Positions 9,001 to 14,674 of a stretch of 40,899 bases of DNA are shown here, piece by piece. The notes under the pieces were generated by a model that was given only the letters and a program-made list of their open reading frames with translations, searched no databases and was not told the DNA's origin. Positions within the stretch are counted from its first letter, which is position 1. The number at the start of each line of letters is the position of its first letter. The position numbers and the translations under genes are program-made. The stretch is taken from contig JAZNIS010000026.1 of the NCBI GenBank assembly GCA_045577635.1, positions 1 through 40,899 of the forward strand. Reading direction: 5' to 3'. Origin of the DNA: Clostridia bacterium. GTDB taxonomy: Bacteria; Bacillota; Clostridia; Christensenellales; UBA1242.

Positions 9001-10607
9001 TAATTTATGGTTTAACCATTCAAAATTACTATAATACTTATTGCGATAATGCTGTTGGTTTATTTGGTTACATTAACAATGCTGAAATTTCTAATTTAGA
9101 TATGGGTCTTGCTCATGTAGTTTCAAATAAACAATATGCTGGTGCAGTAGTTGGTTATGCAACCAATTCAACCATAACATTAATAGATATTAATCTAGAA
9201 GATGCTAAAAATGCTGGTATTGTAAAATCATTAAGCACAACTCCTGCATATATTGGTGCTATTGCTGGTGGAATTGCTGGTGGAAAATTAGACAAATCAA
9301 CAACACACATTAACATTGAAGTTAATAACGGTGCTGGTGGTGGTGTTGTAGGTAGTAATGCCGCAGTAATTGACCAAGTATCATCAAGTGCAAATGTTGT
9401 TAACAATGTTGCAAACGGCATTGTTGGTGGAATTATAGGTGGAAACTTAGGTGAATTAACCAATGCCTTCTTTGAAGGAACATTAGTAACAAAAGCAGCT
9501 GCATTAGCAGCAGGTGGTGTTGTAGGAAATAACACAGGACTTGTTAAATATACTTATGCAAATGCATCTAAATTTACAGCAACAGGTACAGTGGGTGGTG
9601 TAATTGGTGTAACATCTAACTACACAACAAACGAAGTAACCGAAACCGATTTAGTTGCTTATAACTACTTTAATTCTGCTATGGGATTAAACGAAAAACA
9701 AGGTATAGGTAAAGCAGGTTCAACAAACAGTTCATCATTTGCAACAACTTTCTATACAAATCGTGCAGAAAGTAAATCAAGTGCTGATTTAAGAAAAGAA
9801 GCAACCTATATTAATTGGGATTATGACTTTATTTGGGCTATTGACTATACTGCAGTTCAACTAAATGAAGGTTATCCATTGTTCTACTTTAATAATGATT
9901 ATCAAATTATTGAAGTAACAGTTACTCACGAAGATTATTATCGTGACTTTACCAAACATGGTGATGTATTCCGTAGGAATTATAATCGTGATGGTGAACA
10001 AAGTAGCAGGGTAATTAATGATGACAATGTTACCGAATTAGTTTATGTTCTAACAGGTAACTATGTAGGATTTGATGTAGTTCCAAGAACTGAAGGATTA
10101 ATTGAAACTGTTAAAGTTGACGGAATTGAACAAGTTGGTGCCGCAAGAGAATTAATTGAATTTGGTCAAACAGTAAATGGTCACACTATTGAAGTTTACT
10201 TCATTAGAAAGAAATATGAATTTACAATTAATGGCTTTATTGATGCTATTGAGGGACAAACAGTTTCTCCTGATACAAAAATAACCGTAATTGCTAAAAA
10301 CATGGATACAGGAACATCTTATTTAATTGTGTTAAATAATGGTGAAACTAAAAAGTTATACGATATAACTCGTGGTCATTATGTGTTAGTTATTAACCCA
10401 CCAATGTTCTACGAACCAACCTTACATTTAATTGGTAGGGAAAACGAAATAGTAGATACAGGTGTAGGTAAAAAACTAGAATTTGATTTACTTCCAACAT
10501 CAACAGATGCAACCATTAATGTTACAATTACAAAAGTTAACGAAAGATGGTTAAATGATTCTAGTCATAACTACGGACAAATAAATCCAACAGAACCAAA
10601 TGCTTAA
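57..10607 (+). CDS. Giant repeat protein (3516 aa as drawn). GLUG-motif modules alternate with Ig-like / divergent InlB-B-repeat-like beta-sandwich blocks. It is a putative surface or secreted adhesin-like protein. The true start is uncertain.
   Basis: A 10.5-kb frame without a stop in an AT-rich sequence. More than 30 G-G-[LIV]-[IV]-G turns (VGGLVGR, VGGLVGE, VGGLVGIN, VGGLVGSN, IGGVVGIN, TGGIVGTN, SGGLVGNY, AGGVVGNN ...). Recurrent module-opening caps (LSGSGTIEDPYLITN, LQGAGTKQNPYIIGT, YNITTAKELIWISNKVN, YLIETPQELIWFIQN). Recurrent module-closing caps (KDWDFVDIWKY..GYEYPVL, YDFDFINMWRY..NYGLPIL, YDFAETWGI..HSGLPFIW, WDYDFIWAI..NEGYPLFYF). No signal peptide, LPXTG motif or C-terminal TM helix is visible. 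Confidence 0.85.
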   Translation: MSDTAHFFYFNPASTCCLRQAIASLISSTRDEDNKHEPAEAGSPRKATILNYNEVIIGGVVGRSENTEFVYVQYNNLVQYNESNVRDDYPYDKVSIGGIIGTITAGANTLQDVGYSAKISVSHEFIKNGTKISFAGGLIGSTYASTTISASRVKENPSIASNIIESANFVDVVGGLIGYASSCGTLKLSDTYVSGGVNATSISDIDEIIGAVNNITPTITNTYFVNKINSSSNNYGVQYSNTMDTSTYNTNYPWEIVEGAAPTLWVLDNTPYSSTDVSVPLIVPVPLESSVTEYLIETPQELIWFIQNCGTSAATTKRARVIKDLDFAGTIWNMDDIPHLDGSTIILDFSGFTVSNVRVLNQNAMFSENEGIIKNLVLVNSGNYNSMAIGSQAMVVNENKGVVEHIQITADVINKHYNQQINGETLIVGGAVAQMNDSNTIVQKSYFTGNVTVQTEQLNTAYVGGLVGRTNSAELGLISQNYTNANIKVDATNTTRLNVGGLVGEIYNSNGLEVLDNYTRGTIEVPSGFTTANTYIAGVIGSFNANTSTSNTVERVYSVSTVTPKALNLGAIGNVTVANVAINVVTAYVLDTTVNTVNTTYNTTKNHSALIDKTILTSNAGTYKDWDFVDIWKYDNTDGYEYPVLQETENVHTINIIINFERGPFDYVYSEQNKYLINFFEKYGPPILNLHYINRVTGDYGWFSGITGVIRVDHEGDVIITSDAHTEETFMFLFEALFDGEAKDVTKTEFKVEEGIKDYTYEFSYRWNRYEVIVQSNDTVLGLAKIVRQNDLVNDADHGVDYSQPAFTGASEYIHGELIKLSTEPYSEGGLLKWQKQVAGETYVDITAFSESDDCIYIKAPEYSNCALVNAVYNEAAYQAALADAIANLKENEYIFDEKTFDLYFYVNGTTAGTYRAYYVRLHEFTFDVSSHDLGRISLQNDCITDIDPSWTPDQIENYVNNHEHKDCSYQRIISTINDIDGEAYYGISKIITYDGEGNKRVRYVEGAQIVIEPEVTNSYYKIDSVSYTSKVAPETIIYDTNGEPTSVEIGEKYTYEFSGRYSYRNNISNSSYYHQLATLTVLTVNASTAGDYVFNLELLEFKITVITSKGGSYTTQEGYTLTEEEGRVYYTVTGGETITFDISPSMRYAFVEFHLVTDVIEGLERPLDFVPRDYTDVITAPEDFELSDGNVYELEDIYTYALTGTNADMTLHLNYAQYTWYDYGKQDSVYFCDEATGLQTINATNYDGTTLNTAYILQDTSHFARLIYLANTNKSYTISGKTYYYKDAYYKVAYNNLNFETRFWSPIGGFAGTSFNGTMFSSTDDYRLTQVNTLKNIYMDPYEITLSNGVVISNLEEFETGVGFIGKSVNGYINNVNLENVQIVYEREDLRSIGSYIGYSDGARVYNAKLTSSLINVTGENNTGSIIGYADNGSGIYKVSSNTVITVDSTNSYVGGLVGINAGIVNASYFNGSIIVNTDNVVGGLVGSNLGLINMSYSNGIISTATDPGIVGTIAGYVNVRMGITDSYFIVGNLYDIDMQAYPAALEKPIGNMEDVTAFDVEIAKLSDGASTFKGFNFVNIYETSALGPTHVTPIFGSTTAELQGAGTKQNPYIIGTAPAFLTFINQINSCYEKGQEPEILDQRLTAYNNPNVYYLISANINLNGFDFRVIEEFNANLNGGGYTIEGLHIASAAEDNVAFINKNNGVVRDINFTKAVVVGKDNVAGVVVTNNGVMHGIVFDGIVMGRDNVAGVVTYNGLTTNRGTLVRLGSHGIVAGNTNVAGIVAHLINSNVDLYNDVFAFKYNADGSVICNYVGLTESYNRSQIVGNSKVGGLVAYANNSASHIAIKNVYNTGHIYANNKAAGIVGDATRIHIQFTYSYGDIVSFNNYVIKEDLTIAEMGHIVGSGNTVNVGYIVNSTEDKGSALIASDTRYLYLSKQKNQEEVVVFNDNVGVGKGVDCETYINAYVYEDLKVKDIFTGYDFDFINMWRYFYPKTEDHPEGDTNFNYGLPILKFFHSHLVTITINDAALGEFFVDEMYGQVNENGEIYILEGDDLVIDFDAELHYHIYNQIVDGEITKLELDEDPVTGVPDNTPKEYTYIFENVVTSHTIHINFTIDRYRFDISAICPQEEGNIGDVTLLYEDGTENLSGIYNYGDVVKLRINNLDHYKLTKLTHIRDGNVVTSTETFSYTLQSITQLYETDAEGNIVVDGNGDPVPVYNTFVYQHETDDEVYTIDEVRKLHTETIDGEYHELNYSTNEFVITFIANDNTANGTNPDAEGCAPAHGVYQAEFIKQYDLQVDIETWIDISIPQHSTEIGGSYINTIKANGIDVPILDLTGYGIIDHGTVVKLASTPAWGYNFIDYTDGLRPNHTVLSDSPTEEFEIVETRTIKINFELKGYIIKIILGPNGKLKLYTQNTVTGEFTPTLYTVPGTYEIEIRHGYRLKFDSIANETYAIDTIIASENKPAQTIEVDLGPAEDDPLRLTERYMEYLNVIDEFSVELTFRRQVWTDFPSESLSGSGTIEDPYLITNGHDWGLIANEVNLNGNTYEGKYFKVYPLDDDGNRLDYIDLIEYYFNPIGVAGDPAKQFKGTISGDFKTLTNIFIETIATQVGFFTEPDAVVTDLNFYNFDVLSTTSGAVVGGVAGHNLGTFRNIQTSGVLQGAGNIGGVVGINDGTLDKIKNKINVTGYGSYTGGIVGTNNAIISNSNNSGKVVGENTAEYVGGIAGITALNSTITKSANYAAISGKTSGGLVGNYARGTMTDVYNWGSVQGSNYAGGLFGYKNTSQDTSVKVTNAYNIGSVTGAQTGGVYGFLDETLTKDFSSVYYLSTNAGTLEQVGVTSKTIAELRNIDTFTNYDFAETWGIKYYGTNSTDYHSGLPFIWTASTWDYWKETTTTIEADGTVTEFELLPDENGVYNITTAKELIWISNKVNSGELETAGVTFELKNDIDLFGHYFTPIGTSEHPFEGIFKGNNKIIYGLTIQNYYNTYCDNAVGLFGYINNAEISNLDMGLAHVVSNKQYAGAVVGYATNSTITLIDINLEDAKNAGIVKSLSTTPAYIGAIAGGIAGGKLDKSTTHINIEVNNGAGGGVVGSNAAVIDQVSSSANVVNNVANGIVGGIIGGNLGELTNAFFEGTLVTKAAALAAGGVVGNNTGLVKYTYANASKFTATGTVGGVIGVTSNYTTNEVTETDLVAYNYFNSAMGLNEKQGIGKAGSTNSSSFATTFYTNRAESKSSADLRKEATYINWDYDFIWAIDYTAVQLNEGYPLFYFNNDYQIIEVTVTHEDYYRDFTKHGDVFRRNYNRDGEQSSRVINDDNVTELVYVLTGNYVGFDVVPRTEGLIETVKVDGIEQVGAARELIEFGQTVNGHTIEVYFIRKKYEFTINGFIDAIEGQTVSPDTKITVIAKNMDTGTSYLIVLNNGETKKLYDITRGHYVLVINPPMFYEPTLHLIGRENEIVDTGVGKKLEFDLLPTSTDATINVTITKVNERWLNDSSHNYGQINPTEPNA

Positions 10608-10630
10608 TTTGGTTTGGGTTTTAGATAAAA

Positions 10631-10659
10631 AGTGCAAGTAATTAATATTGCACTTTTTG
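10631..10659 (+). terminator. Intrinsic terminator, first of two after the giant ORF
   Basis: Stem AGTGCAA (10631-10637), 10-nt loop, stem TTGCACT (10648-10654), then TTTTT. Confidence 0.6.
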
Positions 10660-10691
10660 TCGTTTTCAAAAACAGATAAAAACATAAAAAA

Positions 10692-10717
10692 ACGGTGTAA
10701 AAGCACCGTTTTTTTTA
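10692..10717 (+). terminator. Intrinsic terminator, second of two after the giant ORF
   Basis: A-tract, then stem ACGGTG(T) (10692-10698), loop AAAA, stem (G)CACCGT (10703-10709), then T8. Confidence 0.7.
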
Positions 10718-10750
10718 ATATTTTAAATGTTTTAATTATATACATAATAT

Positions 10751-11770
10751 ATGAAAAATATTTTTACTTTGGTTTGTTTAATATTAGCAACAATAATAGG
10801 TGCAGGGTTTGCAAGTGGAAAGGAAATTGTGGTATTTTTTAGTAGCTACGGTTTAATTAGTTTTACTACAATAACACTATCATTTTTTCTGTTTTATTTT
10901 AGTGTTAAATTATTTTTAAACTATTCAAAAACTTTTAAAACAAAAAATATTTTTGAAGTAAACAAACAACTTTTTGGTAAATTTTCAGTTATATTCAATT
11001 TATGTTTCTTGTTTTCTTACTGTATTGTTTTGGCTGGTATGTATGCAGGAATTTATGAAGTTTATTTAACAGTTTTTAATGAAACAATTTCAAAAATTTT
11101 TACTATATTTACGGTTTTTATTGTTGTTTTTGTGTTAATAGGTGGCTTAAATAGAATTAGTAAATTTAATAATTTTTTTATTCCTTTAACAATACTATTG
11201 TTAATAATTTCAGCAATATTAAGTTTAAAAAACACTAATTTCAACATTAATTTTAATACGGAATCAAACATAATAAATGCTTTAATTTCATCGGTAAATT
11301 ATGTTGGAATTAATATGTTACTTGCAAGTTCAATATTACTTACAGTTGGTAAAGATTACTCAAAAAAACACATTAAAATTTCGTCAATAATTAGCTGTTT
11401 AATTTTAGTTTTGTTAATATTTTTGTTTAATTTTGTTTTAATAAATCAATCTAAATTGTCTGATTTGCCAATGGCAACAATATCAGGTAATATAAATAAA
11501 TTATGGGGCATAGTTGTTTTAATTTGTATTTGGTTTGCTATATTTTCAAGCATACTTTCGGTTTCTTACACAATAGTTTCTGTTGTTAAAATAAGCATTA
11601 AATGTGAAATAGTTTCAGCTATAATAACATCTGTTTTGGGGTATGTTTTTAGTTTGTTTGGGTTTAATAAAATTGTTGAATGTTTTTATCCATTAATTGG
11701 GGCTTTAGGAATTTTTTTAATAATAATAGTTTTTATAAAATCAATAAATCAAACTACTATGCAAACTTAA
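10751..11770 (+). CDS. YkvI-family polytopic membrane protein (putative transporter of the APC-like superfamily)
   Basis: The N-terminal ATIIGAGFASGKEIVVFF motif is characteristic of YkvI-type proteins. About 10 hydrophobic segments, 339 aa. No SD upstream of the ATG. Confidence 0.65.
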   Translation: MKNIFTLVCLILATIIGAGFASGKEIVVFFSSYGLISFTTITLSFFLFYFSVKLFLNYSKTFKTKNIFEVNKQLFGKFSVIFNLCFLFSYCIVLAGMYAGIYEVYLTVFNETISKIFTIFTVFIVVFVLIGGLNRISKFNNFFIPLTILLLIISAILSLKNTNFNINFNTESNIINALISSVNYVGINMLLASSILLTVGKDYSKKHIKISSIISCLILVLLIFLFNFVLINQSKLSDLPMATISGNINKLWGIVVLICIWFAIFSSILSVSYTIVSVVKISIKCEIVSAIITSVLGYVFSLFGFNKIVECFYPLIGALGIFLIIIVFIKSINQTTMQT

Positions 11771-11803
11771 AAAAACACACCAAATAAAGCTAAAATAATA
11801 AAA

Positions 11804-11830
11804 CACCTTAAAAATAATTAAGGTGCTTTT
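11804..11830. terminator. Bidirectional terminator between convergent genes
   Basis: Stem CACCTTAA (11804-11811), loop AAATAA, stem TTAAGGTG (11818-11825), then CTTTTATTTT. A-rich on the other side. Confidence 0.6.
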
Positions 11831-11833
11831 ATT

Positions 11834-12673
11834 TTAATGATTGTTTCGTTTTCTGTTAACAAATTTTTCTAAAATAACAATTAAAAAATACATTAAAACA
11901 GCTAGTAAACAAAGTATAATAGTGCTTGCCATAACAAGGTCTAGTTTAAACACTTGACCACCATAAACAATTAAATATCCAAGCCCAGCTTTGCTAACTA
12001 AATATTCTCCCATAATTGTTCCAACCCAAGTTAAGCCAACATTAATTTTTAAAACAGAAATAAATTCAATTAATGAGTTTGGAATTATTAATTTTAATAA
12101 TATTTGTAGTTTGTTTGCTCCCATACTTTTAAGTAATAATATTTTATTTGTATCACATGAATTAAAAGCACTTAACATACTTAATATTGTAATAACAATC
12201 ATAATTAAAATATCCATAGCAATAATTGAGCCAAATCCAGCACCAATCCAAATAATCAAAATAGGTCCTAGTGCAATTTTGGGCAAGCTATTAATTACAA
12301 CAATATAGGGGTCTAAAATTCTACGGAGAGTTTCGTTCCACCAAAGAATTATAGCAATAACACTACCACCAACAGTTGCAATAATAAATCCAACAGTTGC
12401 TTCCATAAGGGTAATACCAATGTGGTAAAATAGTGTACCGTTGTTAATTAAAATTGCAAGTTGTGAAACAATTTTGCTAGGACAACTCATTATAAAAGTA
12501 TCAATTAAGTTTAACTGTGCAAGTAACTCCCAAACAAAAAATACCGAAATTAAAATTGCCAACTGAAATGTTAGAATAATTCCTTTGTTTATTCTAATCT
12601 TTTTTAAATATTCACTATATTCTTTTGAATGAACAGGTTTTTTATTTATTTGTTTAATATTTTCTTTTTTCAA
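11834..12673 (-). CDS. ABC transporter permease (NitT/TauT, SsuC-like family)
   Basis: About 6 TM segments and a binding-protein-dependent permease loop (LLKSMGANKLQILLKLIIPNS). The ORF track opens at TTG 12688. I prefer TTG 12673, which has an AAGGA SD 6 nt upstream and overlaps the ATPase TGA stop (TTGA), consistent with translational coupling. Confidence 0.85.
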   Translation of the reverse strand: MKKENIKQINKKPVHSKEYSEYLKKIRINKGIILTFQLAILISVFFVWELLAQLNLIDTFIMSCPSKIVSQLAILINNGTLFYHIGITLMEATVGFIIATVGGSVIAIILWWNETLRRILDPYIVVINSLPKIALGPILIIWIGAGFGSIIAMDILIMIVITILSMLSAFNSCDTNKILLLKSMGANKLQILLKLIIPNSLIEFISVLKINVGLTWVGTIMGEYLVSKAGLGYLIVYGGQVFKLDLVMASTIILCLLAVLMYFLIVILEKFVNRKRNNH

Positions 12674-13476
12674 ACTAATTCCTTCCAAATTTTATTAAAA
12701 TAAACATTAAATCCGATTTCTTCTCTTTTTAAAAGTGGAGTTTTTGCAGTTAATAAAATTTTGTGAATATTTTTTATTGTTGCAGGTCTTGGTGTTAAAA
12801 CTATAATTCTATCTGCCATACTAATTGCTTCAGAAATGTCGTGAGTAACTAATATTGCAGTTTTCTTTTCTGTTTTTAAAATGTTATAAACATCATCGCA
12901 AAGGTTTAATCTGGTTTGGTAATCTAGTGCAGAAAAAGGTTCGTCTAACAATAAAATTTCAGGTTTTAAAGCCAAAGTTCTAATTAACGAAACCCTTTGT
13001 CGCATACCACCACTTAATTGGTTGGGGTACTTATCTTTAAACTCCCATAAACCATATTTTTTAAGTAAATTTTGGGCAGATTCTTTATTTTTATTAAATA
13101 ATTGTTTTCTTTCAATATTTGTTAACTTTAAATTTTTTATTATATTTTTTTCTGTTTTATTTTTGTATTTGCTTCTTTGAATTTCTAGCCCTAAACACAC
13201 ATTTTGTTCTATTGTTCGCCAATCAAACAAATGATCTTTTTGAAACATATAACCACTTTTGTTAACTTCTGCTGGTTTTCCATTTATTAAAACGGAACCC
13301 TTTGTTGGTGTAAGCAGTCCAGAAATTAATGATAAAATTGTGGTTTTTCCACAGCCACTAGGTCCAACAATTGCAATTAGTTCGCCTTCGTTAATTTTAA
13401 AATTAATGTTGTTTAAAGCCAAAGTTTCGCCGTTTTTACTATAATATTTATAAGCAACATTATTAAATTCTAACAT
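12670..13476 (-). CDS. ABC transporter ATP-binding protein (NitT/TauT, SsuB/TauB-like)
   Basis: Walker A GPSGCGKTT, signature LSGGMRQR, Walker B ILLLDEPFSALD, H-loop VTHD. SD TGGAG upstream. Contains a Lys/Asn-rich insert between the Q-loop and the signature. Confidence 0.92.
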   Translation of the reverse strand: MLEFNNVAYKYYSKNGETLALNNINFKINEGELIAIVGPSGCGKTTILSLISGLLTPTKGSVLINGKPAEVNKSGYMFQKDHLFDWRTIEQNVCLGLEIQRSKYKNKTEKNIIKNLKLTNIERKQLFNKNKESAQNLLKKYGLWEFKDKYPNQLSGGMRQRVSLIRTLALKPEILLLDEPFSALDYQTRLNLCDDVYNILKTEKKTAILVTHDISEAISMADRIIVLTPRPATIKNIHKILLTAKTPLLKREEIGFNVYFNKIWKELV

Positions 13477-13565
13477 ATTTGCTCCATTTTTATTTAATTA
13501 GAGTTTTCTCTAATATACTTCATTATATTTTTATTTTCTAATTAGTGTTAAAGTGTGCTTTGCTA

Positions 13566-13594
13566 TTGAAAAATTTATAATTATATGTTAAAAT
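13566..13594 (+). promoter_or_regulatory. Putative sigma-A promoter with extended -10 for the zeta-like kinase gene
   Basis: TTGAAA (13566-13571), 17-nt spacer ending in TGT, TAAAAT (13589-13594). Confidence 0.45.
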
Positions 13595-13619
13595 ATAACT
13601 GTAATAGGGGAATATTGTA

Positions 13620-14651
13620 ATGTTTAATCAAGAAAGAGAAGATAAATTGTTAAACTTAATACAAAATGGTTTTATTCCTTTTACTCATGCTCAAAATGTA
13701 GAAATCATTTTTAATTATGTTAAAGGAAAAAATTCAACAGATGATAGTCAAATGGCTGATGGCAGAGATTTGATTGTTGTTGTTGGTCCATCAGGTTCTG
13801 GTAAAACAACCATTATTGCCAACTTATACGAAGCTGGTTTGCTTACCGATACCGAAGGTAAATTTATTCCTTTTGTTAACCGTTTTTATAATAATGAAAA
13901 AATGACTTTGCAAGAAGAAATTGCTTATAAGGCAGCACTATTAGAAAAAGGTAAATCTTTTATGTTGGAAGCTGCTCAATTTGATGCAAACTATCGTGAA
14001 TTTATTAAAATTGCAAAACTAAAATATGGCTACAATATTTGTATGCTTTACCTAACAAAATCTAATCCACAAGAAAATATTTCTATGGTGGAAAAAAGAA
14101 GAAGGGAAGGTGGGCATGGCAGAAAAAATGTTGAATTAGATGCCTCGGTATTACAAGAAATGTATGAAGTAGATAGTCAAAATTTAGTTGAAATTTTACC
14201 TTATTGTGATATGTGTTATGTTGTTAAAAACCAAACAATGTCAGCCGATTCAGCCGAAAAACCTGTTGTTTTATTGCAAAAGAAACTTTCTGGCGAAATT
14301 GTGTACGACACTCGTTATGAACATGCAGAATTTTTACACGATCAAATTTTAGGAATTAAAACTCCAAAACCTGCTCCAAGACTTACAAGACCAACAGGCA
14401 GATTTATTATTAGTCCAAGGCAACAAGCTCCAAAAGTTATTATTAGGGGTTCAGTGCCAAGGCAAACACTTTTACCACAAGTTCAAATTAAAGGTAGAAA
14501 TCAACAATTAAGAGTTTTAACAGGAATAAAGAGAAGAATTTCTGAAATTAGTTCAATTTCTATTGAAGGTGAATTAGATAGATACACTCCTGAACAAATT
14601 GAAAGAATTATTTCTGGATATGGTCCAGGTATGGGTGGAAAAAAGAAATAG
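13620..14651 (+). CDS. Zeta-toxin / COG4185-type P-loop kinase-like protein with a basic, Pro/Gln/Arg-rich C-terminal extension
   Basis: Walker A VVVGPSGSGKTT (nt 13785-13808). The core aligns by eye with the zeta/COG4185 pattern (GKSFMLEAAQ..., YGYNICMLYL, VEKRRREGGHG with GGH at 14109-14117). The roughly 100-aa tail (KPAPRLTRPTGRFIISPRQQAPKVIIRGSVPRQ...GPGMGGKKK) has no family I recognise. Confidence 0.7.
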   Translation: MFNQEREDKLLNLIQNGFIPFTHAQNVEIIFNYVKGKNSTDDSQMADGRDLIVVVGPSGSGKTTIIANLYEAGLLTDTEGKFIPFVNRFYNNEKMTLQEEIAYKAALLEKGKSFMLEAAQFDANYREFIKIAKLKYGYNICMLYLTKSNPQENISMVEKRRREGGHGRKNVELDASVLQEMYEVDSQNLVEILPYCDMCYVVKNQTMSADSAEKPVVLLQKKLSGEIVYDTRYEHAEFLHDQILGIKTPKPAPRLTRPTGRFIISPRQQAPKVIIRGSVPRQTLLPQVQIKGRNQQLRVLTGIKRRISEISSISIEGELDRYTPEQIERIISGYGPGMGGKKK

Positions 14652-14674
14652 AAGGGAAATCCCTTCTATTTTTT
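14650..14674. terminator. Bidirectional terminator shared by the zeta-like gene and the binding-protein gene
   Basis: Stem AGAAGGG (14650-14656), loop AAAT, stem CCCTTCT (14661-14667), then ATTTTTT. T-rich on the opposite strand as well. The stems overlap both stop codons. Confidence 0.7.

Noticed and set aside
809-9535. ORF-track entries nested inside the giant gene: minus strand 809..1066, 3592..3780, 5021..5395, 6592..6801 and 9155..9535; plus-strand out-of-frame 6802..7056 and 8647..8847.
   Set aside because: They lie entirely within the 10.5-kb frame. Their products are low-complexity mirror images of the GGT/GTT/ACA-rich coding strand (runs of T/P/A/L), and none has an SD or promoter. 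The two longest coincide exactly with the densest GLUG repeats. This is the expected antisense artefact of glycine- and valine-rich codons.
10551-10842. Small ORFs 10551..10745 (-) and 10648..10842 (+) in the spacer after the giant gene.
   Set aside because: They span two terminator hairpins and the start of the YkvI-like gene. They have no SD and have Lys/Phe/Ile-rich composition typical of translated AT-rich spacer.
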